This document shows, piece by piece, positions 37,851-47,320 of a stretch of 64,000 nucleotides of DNA. Each line of letters opens with the position of its first letter. The stretch's first letter is position 1. A model generated the notes under the pieces. That model saw nothing but the letters and a program-made list of their open reading frames with translations. It was not told the origin of the DNA and did no database searches. The position numbers were made by a program, and so were the translations under genes. The DNA is taken from the NCBI GenBank assembly GCA_965116885.1, contig OZ220741.1:3840001-3904000 (forward strand). Direction: 5' to 3'. The DNA is from Candidatus Latescibacterota bacterium (lineage in GTDB: Bacteria; Latescibacterota; UBA2968).

Positions 37851-39806
37851 TTAGTATAGCGCGAGTGAATGCCCGTCATCGGGAAACCAGATCATGTCAA
37901 CGACAAACGAAATCCCGACACCAACGAAATACCCCAGCATCATACCAAAGAAGAAGGGTGAGGCTTTGCGATACAGGCTGATGCCACCGATGCGGAGGAT
38001 GGCGGCTTTGGCGAACCAGGCGAAGAAAATCGAGAATATCGTGCGATTGGCAGGGTATGAGGTTGCCGAGACCAGGCCGATGGGGTGCAGCGGAAAAGCC
38101 GGATAGATATAGCGGAGAATCATATTGGCTGCGGTGACTGCAACGCCGATCAGTCCCCAATAGGCGAGATATCGCTTCATTGCGAAGGGGTCGCGGATGT
38201 AGCCGACGCCTCTATCAAATACGGCCTGCACGGATCCCGCGTAGATGCTGCCGTAGTTGTATGCGCCCGTCTGGTAGCCGGAAGCGATCGCGTAATAGGC
38301 GCTGCCTCCCACAACAACGACAACGGCAATCGCGACTGCGAGAATCATTCTTCCCCGGTCTTCGCGGACATCGTCAAAGAGTTTCGTGGCGTTGGCCATC
38401 GGAGCCATCAGGACAGTTTTCAGGTCGCGGTGCCAGGTGTAGGTCAACGCCAATGCCACAATGCTCTGCGGGTTCATGTTTGTGAGCCCAACGATATGGT
38501 AGGTCGCAAACTGCGCGTGTATGATGCGAGAGCTGATCAGCCCCGTTTCGATGCTGATCTTTGAGATCCCAAGCCAGACCACAATGACAAGGGCGACGAA
38601 GACAAACGCCACATATACGGTCATTCCCGATGCGACGCACCACGCGCAGATGAATATCGCACTGAGGATGAGTCCGAATATTGCTGAACGGTAGGAGAGC
38701 ATCTCCCGAGTATCGTCTATCGTCGGGTCCTTTGCAAATGCCTTTCTGACGACATCTCTCAAATGGCCGCGGGCTGCCCACAGACCCCAGGGAATCAGGA
38801 CGAGAAGTGCGCCAAGTCCTTGCCAGTTTTCAAAATCGGAAGTGTCTCCACGCGCTGGACCGGTTTCGAATCCAAATCTTCTGAACACACCAATCTGAAA
38901 CGTCAGGAACAGGAAGTAGATGATGATGCTTCCGGATACTTCGAGCTCAACGAAGTATGAGGCACCGATGATCAGTGGATAGAAGCGGGTTTCGATGGGT
39001 GGAAAGTCTCGACCCAGTTGGATAAGCCCGAAATCTCTTGGAATGGTCGGAAAAAGGGGTGTGAAGTATCCGATCATATTCCACATAATCGGGAAGATCG
39101 CGAAAGCAAAGCCGATCCAGAAAACAGGCTGGTTCATGAACCCGGCGGTGAAAAACCCACGAGGTTCCTCGTCCGCCATGTTCATCGGCAGCTTCATCAG
39201 GGGGAAGGAGAGCCGCTCGTTCTCGACCCACTGTTTCCGGAAGATCGCAACCATACAATAGCAGAAGCAGGCGACTGCGCCTACGAGCGATAGGCGCCAG
39301 GTCAACGGTATGAGCCAGGCTTCCCACGGGATCGAAGCGCCGCGGGGGAGTCCTTCGTAGAACCATTTGGCTGCCGTAATATCCGTTACGACTGCCCAAT
39401 CGACGAGATACGGATGCAGTTCGGTCGCCCAACCGTTCTCGGATGATGGAAAGTAATAAGGCGCACCGATGTTCGCGATCATGTGCGCCATGAAGTAGCT
39501 GGGCAGAGCGGATCCGATCAGGGCCATTGCAAAGATGACGAGAAGCTCGGCTCTTGTGAGCATGGCCTTCGGTCGGACGGTCTGGATGACTTTGTTGAGG
39601 ATAACAGCGATGATGAAGAAGGGAACCATCACGCCCCAGGGGAGATGGTCCTGCGCCATTTTGGTCGTATGACCGATGTGACGCGTGTAGTGACCGCCCC
39701 AGGCCATGAAAGTCACACACAGCGTACCCAGCGCAATGGATCGAGCCGTTATGGCGTGCCGAAGGGGACGAATTTCCGGTTTAGCGATGGGTTGTACCTC
39801 GGCCAA
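37851..39806 (-). CDS. DUF6785/DUF6784-like multi-pass membrane protein
   Basis: RKQWVENERLSFP, FPLHPIG, PFFFGMMLG; GGAGG RBS before TTG. Confidence 0.75.
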   Translation of the reverse strand: MAEVQPIAKPEIRPLRHAITARSIALGTLCVTFMAWGGHYTRHIGHTTKMAQDHLPWGVMVPFFIIAVILNKVIQTVRPKAMLTRAELLVIFAMALIGSALPSYFMAHMIANIGAPYYFPSSENGWATELHPYLVDWAVVTDITAAKWFYEGLPRGASIPWEAWLIPLTWRLSLVGAVACFCYCMVAIFRKQWVENERLSFPLMKLPMNMADEEPRGFFTAGFMNQPVFWIGFAFAIFPIMWNMIGYFTPLFPTIPRDFGLIQLGRDFPPIETRFYPLIIGASYFVELEVSGSIIIYFLFLTFQIGVFRRFGFETGPARGDTSDFENWQGLGALLVLIPWGLWAARGHLRDVVRKAFAKDPTIDDTREMLSYRSAIFGLILSAIFICAWCVASGMTVYVAFVFVALVIVVWLGISKISIETGLISSRIIHAQFATYHIVGLTNMNPQSIVALALTYTWHRDLKTVLMAPMANATKLFDDVREDRGRMILAVAIAVVVVVGGSAYYAIASGYQTGAYNYGSIYAGSVQAVFDRGVGYIRDPFAMKRYLAYWGLIGVAVTAANMILRYIYPAFPLHPIGLVSATSYPANRTIFSIFFAWFAKAAILRIGGISLYRKASPFFFGMMLGYFVGVGISFVVDMIWFPDDGHSLALY

Positions 39807-39821
39807 TCAGAGCCTCCAGAT

Positions 39822-39914
39822 CTATTGGTCGCGGCTTGCCCGTTCCCGATCCGCAGACCATGCGGGACCTCGCCATACCTCGGGCTTTCTCTGTCGGATG
39901 TCGAGAATTCTCAT
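39822..39914 (-). CDS. 30-aa sORF duplicating the N-terminus of the ABC exporter starting at 37766
   Basis: MRILDIRQRKPEVWRGPAWSADRERASRDQ* versus MRLLDIRQRKPEVWRGPAWSPEQERANREW. Confidence 0.5.
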   Translation of the reverse strand: MRILDIRQRKPEVWRGPAWSADRERASRDQ

Positions 39915-39939
39915 TGTTATCCTCAGGCCTCGTGAGACT

Positions 39940-41331
39940 TTAATTTTTATTTCTATTCTCGTGATCTGGATACACAGCATTGAACACACGCGTTACCACA
40001 TCGGGCGATGTCCGATTCTCAAAAGCCTCCAAAACTGGATCATTGGTTTCCCGCATTTGAGCCTGTAGAATCGTCCGTATTTCATCCGCTTTTGCACTGT
40101 ATTCCGGGTCGTCAATCAAGTTTTTCAAACAATTGGGGTCCTGCTCCAAATCGTATAACTCTTCCGGTATGCGATACCGAAACATCCGCACCCGTTCCGC
40201 TATATCTGGATTGCCCGGTGCAGCCTCCTCCATTGCGTGCATCGTCAACCCTTCATTGTTATTGCGGTACCGATAGTCATCTCGCACCCACATATTAAAG
40301 ATGTATCCAAACTGATGATCTTGCACACACCGCATCGGTGTTGCTGCGCCACCAGCCTTAGAATCGATCTGCGTAAAAACATGCTCTCGACCCTCTTGCT
40401 TTTCGCCTCTCAGCAACGGCACAAAAGATTGCCCATCCACACCATCCAAAGCAGGTAGCCCAATCGCATCTAATGCGGTTGGCAAGAAGTCAATGCCCGA
40501 CATCAGTTCACGACATGTTGTACCCTCTTTTGCAACACCGGGCCACCGCACCAGCCAGGGTGTGCGCGTACTCGCCAGATAGACATTACACTTGGCAAAC
40601 GGCACAGCCATCCCGTTATCCGACAAAAAAGCGACCAGTGTATTGTCTTTCAATCCCGACTCTTCCAGAGCATTCATCACCGCCCCAAATGTATCATCCA
40701 GGCGTCTCACCGAATTGTAATACCACGAAAGTTCTTTGCGAATCAATGGAAGATCAGGCAAAAATCCGGGCACTTCAATTTCATCGGGGCTATACAACCG
40801 CGATGGCACCTCAGCACCACCCTTTGGTCCTTCATCTGGGTTGTAAAACGGTCGATGAGGATCATGGGAGTTCACCATAAAATAAAAGGGTTTGTCGGCA
40901 CTTTTACAGTTCTCGAAGAATTCCTTACAATACGCCCCATACTTCTGCGGGCTACGGCCAAAACCCAGGTCTTCTTGATCCCGACTAAAATCCCATGTAA
41001 TCGACTCTTTTGGCGTTGAATGATTCACTTTTCCGAGAAGGCCAGTCATATACCCCGCATCGCTCAATATTTCGATGATTGTCGGTGTGTCCTCAAATGT
41101 ATGAAAAAACCCCATTCCGCCATTGTTATAACTATAGCGCCCGGTGTTCAACACATTGCGACTTGGCATACAAATGGCAACATTCACATGCCCATGACTG
41201 AACCGCACACCCTCTGCGGCAAATGCATCCAGGTTGGGGGAGATATCTGGCACGTTTGATCCAAAACAACCGAGTGAATCGCAACCCAAATCATCTGCTG
41301 TGAACAGCAGGATATTTAATTTGTCTGTCAT
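39940..41331 (-). CDS. Cys-type sulfatase (N-sulfoglucosamine sulfohydrolase-like)
   Basis: CMPSR, HDPHRPF, SDNGMAVPFAK. Confidence 0.9.
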   Translation of the reverse strand: MTDKLNILLFTADDLGCDSLGCFGSNVPDISPNLDAFAAEGVRFSHGHVNVAICMPSRNVLNTGRYSYNNGGMGFFHTFEDTPTIIEILSDAGYMTGLLGKVNHSTPKESITWDFSRDQEDLGFGRSPQKYGAYCKEFFENCKSADKPFYFMVNSHDPHRPFYNPDEGPKGGAEVPSRLYSPDEIEVPGFLPDLPLIRKELSWYYNSVRRLDDTFGAVMNALEESGLKDNTLVAFLSDNGMAVPFAKCNVYLASTRTPWLVRWPGVAKEGTTCRELMSGIDFLPTALDAIGLPALDGVDGQSFVPLLRGEKQEGREHVFTQIDSKAGGAATPMRCVQDHQFGYIFNMWVRDDYRYRNNNEGLTMHAMEEAAPGNPDIAERVRMFRYRIPEELYDLEQDPNCLKNLIDDPEYSAKADEIRTILQAQMRETNDPVLEAFENRTSPDVVTRVFNAVYPDHENRNKN

Positions 41332-41351
41332 AAGCCCCTCACTTCCTCCTA

Positions 41352-42503
41352 TCAATTTATCCGATACTTTTCCAGTGCATCCTCATCGAGTTCACATCCA
41401 AGTCCCGGTTTTGTTGGAACAATGGCTTCGCCTTTTTCAAATTGGATGCCATCCACGACCAGGTCATCTTCCCGCGTCCAACTTCCGACAAAATCACTGG
41501 GCATAACGCAATTTCGCGGCACACTTGCCGCGTGCAGATAGGCCATTTCCATTATGCCGAGGTCATTTCCAGATCCATGCCAGCAGGGGATGCCCGCGGC
41601 ATCGGCAATAGCCGCGTTGTAGATAAATTGCCACATGCTGCCCCCCAGATTGAAAATATCTACTGCTTCTACCTTGATTGCGTTGATGATGTCGTGGGGA
41701 TTCGCCAGGTGCAATGCGACCGGGATTGTGGTTGCCGCTCTTAGTTGGCAATACCAATCCAGGTTCCATTTCGCCATGGGATCTTCGAGCACGCCGACAT
41801 TGCCGACTGCTTCGAATTGTTTTGCCAATGCAATGGCTTCTGCCGGGCGATAAAATCTCTGATTCGGATCGATTGTGCATTTGAATGACGCATCTGTGGC
41901 CTCCAGGATTGCCTGCACGCGAGCGACCATTGGTTCATCAGAGGTACATTTCATTTTTACACCGTGAAATCCGCGTTCGTAACCGAGCCGCGCATTGAGA
42001 GCTGAGTCTTCGGGCGTTTGATGGCCGATCCAGTAATCCGCTGGCACGCGGTCTCTGTACGCACCGCCGAGCAGTTCGTGGACGGGACAGTTTCGGATTT
42101 TGCCCACGATATCAAAAACGGCCATTTCAAAAGCTTCATAACCCGCGCCAGTTCCCCAGCCATTCAGACTCTCCCAATCGCGCGTTCCGGCGCCATCTTC
42201 AGATACAACGGGATCTCTGAAGGGCATGACTGTGTTGCGGTGCGTGGCGGTGTCTCTGAATACATTTTGCAGGCTCAGTTTGAGAGGGTCTCTTCCTTTG
42301 AGTTGGTTAAATCCCTGCAGAATTGCTTCTTCAGGCGTCCCGCGCGAGGTTTCTCCCAGTCCGTAAATCCCTTCATCGGTATTTAGCCTGATGATGTGTT
42401 TGGGGACCTGATCCCAGCCCGCAGGACCAAATGATGCGCTGTGTACACGGCCGGGTATGGTTGGAACAACGACTGTCATGATGTCGATGGATGCGATTTT
42501 CAT
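41352..42503 (-). CDS. Mandelate racemase/muconate lactonizing enzyme family protein
   Basis: TDEGIYGLGE, KMK, DPNQ, EDP, PTKPGLG. Confidence 0.9.
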   Translation of the reverse strand: MKIASIDIMTVVVPTIPGRVHSASFGPAGWDQVPKHIIRLNTDEGIYGLGETSRGTPEEAILQGFNQLKGRDPLKLSLQNVFRDTATHRNTVMPFRDPVVSEDGAGTRDWESLNGWGTGAGYEAFEMAVFDIVGKIRNCPVHELLGGAYRDRVPADYWIGHQTPEDSALNARLGYERGFHGVKMKCTSDEPMVARVQAILEATDASFKCTIDPNQRFYRPAEAIALAKQFEAVGNVGVLEDPMAKWNLDWYCQLRAATTIPVALHLANPHDIINAIKVEAVDIFNLGGSMWQFIYNAAIADAAGIPCWHGSGNDLGIMEMAYLHAASVPRNCVMPSDFVGSWTREDDLVVDGIQFEKGEAIVPTKPGLGCELDEDALEKYRIN

Positions 42504-42525
42504 GGCGTTTTTCTCATAGTGATGC

Positions 42526-43269
42526 CTATATGCTCCGCCCGCCATCTACAATGAGGTTTTCCCCTGTGACAAAGGGGCTGAGAATGAGTCCGAGGATGGC
42601 GTCGGCACAGTCTTCGCCGGTTGCGACGCGGCCCATTGGCGTGGCTTCCAGATGGAGTTTGCGGAAGGCGTCCCAGCCGATTCCCCAGCGCGTATCGACA
42701 AAGCCCGGGGAGATGGCGTTGACCTGAATATCGGGTGCTTGACTGGTTGCCAGAGAATTCGTCAGGCAGATCAGCGCGGCTTTGGACGCGGAATAGGCAA
42801 TTGAACTGCCTTTTCCAGAGATACCGGAGATTGAAGCGACGTTGACGATGCTTCCACCGCCACTTTCTTTCATTTTTGGGATTGCTGCCCTGGCTGCGAA
42901 GAAGGCGCCCTTTACGTTGACGGCCATCGCGCGATCCCAATCGTCCTCTGTCAGGTTTTCCAGATCCTCCAGCGGCACGAACCGCGTCATGCCCGCGCTG
43001 TTGACGAGAATGTCGAGGCGGCCGAGTTCATCGACCACGCGATCTACCATTTCCCGAACGGCTGAGTCGTCCGATACGTCTGCTTTGACGGCGATGGCTT
43101 TGCGCCCCAGCGCTTCGATATCCGCACAGGTTTTGTTGGCGTCATCTTCAGATCGGCTGTAGTTGACGGCGACGTCTGCGCCTTCTGTGGCGAATAGCAG
43201 CGACGCCGCGCGACCGATGCCCGTTCCTCCACCAGTGACAAGTGCTACTTTGCCATCGAGTTTTCCCAT
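42526..43269 (-). CDS. Short-chain dehydrogenase/reductase
   Basis: TGGGTGIG, NSAG, YSASK. Confidence 0.93.
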   Translation of the reverse strand: MGKLDGKVALVTGGGTGIGRAASLLFATEGADVAVNYSRSEDDANKTCADIEALGRKAIAVKADVSDDSAVREMVDRVVDELGRLDILVNSAGMTRFVPLEDLENLTEDDWDRAMAVNVKGAFFAARAAIPKMKESGGGSIVNVASISGISGKGSSIAYSASKAALICLTNSLATSQAPDIQVNAISPGFVDTRWGIGWDAFRKLHLEATPMGRVATGEDCADAILGLILSPFVTGENLIVDGGRSI

Positions 43270-43297
43270 GGTGACTCCCTTCAATAGTGTGTAAAAT

Positions 43298-43341
43298 CGC
43301 TTAAATTAGGCGAAGATATGTCCAAATGTCAATTGGGTTCT
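43298..43341 (-). promoter_or_regulatory. 44-bp duplicated sigma70-like promoter, copy 2
   Basis: 41/44 identical to 33306-33349. Confidence 0.7.
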
Positions 43342-43496
43342 TAATGATCCCGATATTTGATAGTATATGCGAAAAGGTGAGTATATTAAAGCGGAAATTG
43401 ATGCTGTTCGATTCTGATGCGGCGTTTTTTTTTGTTTTATTTTTTAAATTTGATACCATATTGAGATTACAAGACAAGATCACAGGAGATTCGGTT

Positions 43497-44276
43497 ATGA
43501 CCCCCGAAGAAAAATTTATGTTTGACCTCGAAGGTTATCTGGTCGTCAGAAATGTGCTCTCCAAAGAGGAAGTTGATCAATGCAATGAAGTTGCAGACCG
43601 CATCGCGCGCGACCAGTTTGAAATCTATCGAGACGATGGGCTAAAACTCGCTCGGAATATCACGCTGTGGGATCCCTGCGTTCAGAGTCTCATGGACCAT
43701 CCCAAAATTATCCCTTATTTGATCGAACTTTTGGGACCGAGTATCCACTTTGATCAGGATTATTGCATTTTTTTGGATAAAGGCGGTTCCAAAGGTCCGC
43801 TGCACGCCGGCACGATGAAATCGAAAACGGAATTATTCCCATTCTTTTACACGTATCACGACGGCATCATGCGCAATGGTTTGACAACACTGGTCTATGC
43901 GCTCACGCCCGTGCGAAAGGGCGATGGTGGTTTTTGCTGTATTCCAGGCTCGCACAAGTCCAACTTTCAACTCGACATCCCCGAGGATGTTATGTATTTC
44001 AGACGGCCCGCCCATTACGTCGTACAACCCGAATTGGAGCCGGGTGATCTGATCATTTTTACGGAGGCGACAGTACACGGTACTATGCCCTGGACAGCCA
44101 ATCACGAACGCAGGTCATTTCTCTTTAAATACAATCCCGGGAATACGATTTCATGGGCGAATTATTACAATATAGATGATTACGATCACTTGACTGAGAA
44201 CCAAAAGCGCATGATGTCGCCGCCGGGGGGCCAGGGGCCAACGAAGCCTCCAAGGGCCAATGTCATTGCGCCATGA
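43497..44276 (+). CDS. PhyH family protein
   Basis: EKFMFDLEGYL, IPGSHKSN, FTEATVHGTMPW. Confidence 0.88.
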   Translation: MTPEEKFMFDLEGYLVVRNVLSKEEVDQCNEVADRIARDQFEIYRDDGLKLARNITLWDPCVQSLMDHPKIIPYLIELLGPSIHFDQDYCIFLDKGGSKGPLHAGTMKSKTELFPFFYTYHDGIMRNGLTTLVYALTPVRKGDGGFCCIPGSHKSNFQLDIPEDVMYFRRPAHYVVQPELEPGDLIIFTEATVHGTMPWTANHERRSFLFKYNPGNTISWANYYNIDDYDHLTENQKRMMSPPGGQGPTKPPRANVIAP

Positions 44277-44294
44277 TACACAAGGGAGGTGGCG

Positions 44295-45287
44295 ATGAAA
44301 GCAGCTATTTATTGCGGTCCGCATGATATTCAGATGGCAGACGTGCCTGAGCCTGAGATCAATGCAAATGAGATTCTGGTAAGGGTGAAGGCGTGTGGGA
44401 TTTGTGGGTCGGATCTGCACGCTTATCGCATCGGGCTGTTTGAAGATTCTTTGGGACGTCCGATAGAAAAGGGCCTCATCATGGGTCACGAGTTTAGCGG
44501 TGAGGTTGTGGAAACGGGGCGAGATGTGCAGCGGTTTCGGATAGGCGACCACATTTCTGGCGGGGGATTGGGCGGGTTTGCCGAATATCTTCCCCTGGAA
44601 GTCAATCCCAATCGTCCCTATAAGTTGCCCAAAACCATCAGCTTTGAAGAAGGCGCGATGATGGAGCCTCTCGCCACGTCGATACACGCAGTGGGTCTGG
44701 CAAAACCCATTGAGGGAGAAACAGTTGTTATTCTGGGCGTTGGAATTATTGGTTTGGGATGTATTCAGGTCATTCGGGCAACGGCGGGCGGGCGCATTAT
44801 CGCGGTTGATACGTCGCCAAAAAGGTTGGCTATGGCGCGCCAATTGGGTGCAGATGAGATCGTGAATTTGACAGAGGTCGATCCTGTAGATGCTGTTATC
44901 GAACTCACGGGTGGTGAGAGACCTGTGGAAAGATTCGGTGCGCGAGGAGGAAATGCCGATGTGGTTATTGATTCTGCTGGCGCGAAAGCCTCGCCGAATC
45001 AGGGGTTGACGATGCTAAAACAACAAAACGGTCGCCTCGTTCCCGTCGCATTATTTGAAGATCAACCCGAACTCGATTTTAACCAGGTGGTGCGCAAGCA
45101 AGTCACGCTTCAAGGGTCATGGTCCTGGACCCCCGATGACTACAGGTGGGGAATTGAACTCGTCAGGAGTGGGAAAATTGATCGGAAACCACTCGTTTCC
45201 CACGCCTTTCCTCTCGATCAAGCACCCGAAGCGTTTGCGACACAGGCCAAACCAGGTGCTGCGATCAAAACCTTGATAAAACCTTGA
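44295..45287 (+). CDS. Zinc-binding alcohol dehydrogenase (MDR family)
   Basis: GICGSDLH, GHEFSG, GVGIIG. Confidence 0.92.
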   Translation: MKAAIYCGPHDIQMADVPEPEINANEILVRVKACGICGSDLHAYRIGLFEDSLGRPIEKGLIMGHEFSGEVVETGRDVQRFRIGDHISGGGLGGFAEYLPLEVNPNRPYKLPKTISFEEGAMMEPLATSIHAVGLAKPIEGETVVILGVGIIGLGCIQVIRATAGGRIIAVDTSPKRLAMARQLGADEIVNLTEVDPVDAVIELTGGERPVERFGARGGNADVVIDSAGAKASPNQGLTMLKQQNGRLVPVALFEDQPELDFNQVVRKQVTLQGSWSWTPDDYRWGIELVRSGKIDRKPLVSHAFPLDQAPEAFATQAKPGAAIKTLIKP

Positions 45288-45995
45288 TTAGATGAGTTCA
45301 ATATCGCGTAAGATCCAGGACAGTAGCGTAAATGTGACAAAGACGGGTCGTCTTTGTGTATCGAATACATAGTGGATGGGTAATGTGCCCTGTCCTGTGT
45401 GGCAAAAAGAGAAGAGGGATTGGCCGTTGGATTCGATTTGTTCGGGCCCGTGAAGTAGCTGACCTGTTTTGCAGTACGTGAGTTCGTCGATGGTTGTAAA
45501 TGTTTCGTCCAGGGGGGTGGTCCGATTGGCGAGCGCGAGGGGGAGGATCCATTGGCACGATATGGGTGTATCCGCCGAGAGGTGCTTTTTACCGGCTGTG
45601 CCATTTATTTCTATGATCGCGTCCCGAACCGTGCCATTGATGAGCAGGCGTTTATCCGGTGTTTCTGCCTGGTACCAGGCGAGTTTCCAGTCCTGAATTG
45701 ATTCTCCAATGCACTCATCCTGCGCTGTTGTGACGGTTGCTTCGTAAATTTCCCGCCCGCCGCCATTGCGTTTTTCAACGATCAGGTACTCTGCACCGTT
45801 CTCTTTGTTGTAGCGCGAGATTTCCACTGTTCCTATTGGCCTGTCATCAGTCAATCCGTCGGGATGTGTGTTTGTCCACTGCAGAATTTCGTAGGTCAAT
45901 TTGCAATCGGAATCCAATTGAACGGTTTGTTCTGGGGCATCGTAGTTTTGCAATTGCCCGGCGATTGTGTTGAGTTCGGCTGGTATGATGTTCAT
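45288..45995 (-). CDS. Hypothetical protein
   Basis: Open frame with GAGGTGG RBS overlapping the sulfatase stop; no recognised motif. Confidence 0.6.
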   Translation of the reverse strand: MNIIPAELNTIAGQLQNYDAPEQTVQLDSDCKLTYEILQWTNTHPDGLTDDRPIGTVEISRYNKENGAEYLIVEKRNGGGREIYEATVTTAQDECIGESIQDWKLAWYQAETPDKRLLINGTVRDAIIEINGTAGKKHLSADTPISCQWILPLALANRTTPLDETFTTIDELTYCKTGQLLHGPEQIESNGQSLFSFCHTGQGTLPIHYVFDTQRRPVFVTFTLLSWILRDIELI

Positions 45996-47302
45996 GATCC
46001 CACCTCCTCTGTCCATCCATTTCCACGTTTGAGATTTGCCATTCTCTCTTCTCTTATTCTATCTCTTTCCCCCGTTTTATCGGGTCCGCTGTAGGGTGTG
46101 ACGATGTTTGCGTATTCGGCGAGGTATGTGGCGTGCCTGTGTTTGACGTCGTCAAAGCCGGGTTCTGATGCGAGATTCTGTTTTTCCAGGGGATCGTTTG
46201 ACAAATCGTAGAGGGTGTGTTGTCCCGAGTCGTAGAGGATGGATTTGTACTGGTTGTCGCGAATGGCGATTGCACTTGCGTTTTCTCCTATGACGCTTTC
46301 TCGCCAGGTAATATCGTCTTTTCCTTCGAGAAGTGGGCGCAAGCTATTTGCATACGTGGTGTCGGGCAGGGGAGGTGCGCCGGCGTAATCGCAGATTGTG
46401 GCGGGGATATCCACGCCCGATATGAAGTGCGAATCGTTTTGCCTATTGGGGATGCTGCCGCGTTGTGAAATGACGAGTGGGACTGCCCAGGCTTCTTCTT
46501 CAAAAAAGCCTTTCAATACTCTTCTGTGGTGCCCAGAGCCTTCGCCGTGGTCGGCTGTAAAGATGATGAGGGTGTTTTCAATGAGGCCATTGTTTTCCAA
46601 TGTGTCGTAGATCAATCCGATCTGGGCGTCAACGGTTTCTACCATTCGGTAACACTGATAGATGTAATATCGCCAGTCTGTTTCTGACCAGTGGCCGACC
46701 CGGTGCTTCTGGTTTGGCGGCATGAGACTGATTTCGAAGTTGCCGGGTAAATCGGGTAGGTCGGGCAACTGAGGCTCCATGCCGTATTTTCCCACGGGTC
46801 CGCTGACGCCGCAGACATAACAGCAGTCGTGCGGGTTTAAAAGACCGACTGATAAAAAGAAGGGACGGTCATCATTTGCGTGGTCGGAGATATATTGTGC
46901 TGCTGCTCTGGCAGAGCCGGAGTCTTGCAGTTCTCCGTAGGGATGTCTGTCGTAGATCACGTCAAAGCTGTTGGCAACATTTCGTCCCGTGACATGCCAC
47001 TTGCCAGAATACACACAGTTGTAATCGGTGTGTTTGGTCAACCACTGGCCGAGGTCGGGCAGGTTGGGGTCGATGGGGAACGGATTGCTGATAACGCCGT
47101 GTTCGACAGACATGCGCCCGGTGTACCAACTCGCGCGTGCAGGACAACAGACGGGGTTGGCGCTGTAGGATCGTCTGAAAGATATGCCTTCTGCGATCAG
47201 GCGATCCATGTTGGGCGTTGATACATCTTTATTTCCATAGGCGGATATCGCGAGGTGATGTTGTTGATCCGTGTGGATGAATACAATATTGGGTTGGCTC
47301 AT
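45992..47302 (-). CDS. Cys-type sulfatase
   Basis: CCPARASWYTG, SGKWH, ADHGEG. Confidence 0.92.
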   Translation of the reverse strand: MSQPNIVFIHTDQQHHLAISAYGNKDVSTPNMDRLIAEGISFRRSYSANPVCCPARASWYTGRMSVEHGVISNPFPIDPNLPDLGQWLTKHTDYNCVYSGKWHVTGRNVANSFDVIYDRHPYGELQDSGSARAAAQYISDHANDDRPFFLSVGLLNPHDCCYVCGVSGPVGKYGMEPQLPDLPDLPGNFEISLMPPNQKHRVGHWSETDWRYYIYQCYRMVETVDAQIGLIYDTLENNGLIENTLIIFTADHGEGSGHHRRVLKGFFEEEAWAVPLVISQRGSIPNRQNDSHFISGVDIPATICDYAGAPPLPDTTYANSLRPLLEGKDDITWRESVIGENASAIAIRDNQYKSILYDSGQHTLYDLSNDPLEKQNLASEPGFDDVKHRHATYLAEYANIVTPYSGPDKTGERDRIREERMANLKRGNGWTEEVGS

Positions 47303-47320
47303 TTTTTCTCCTATTTTTTT

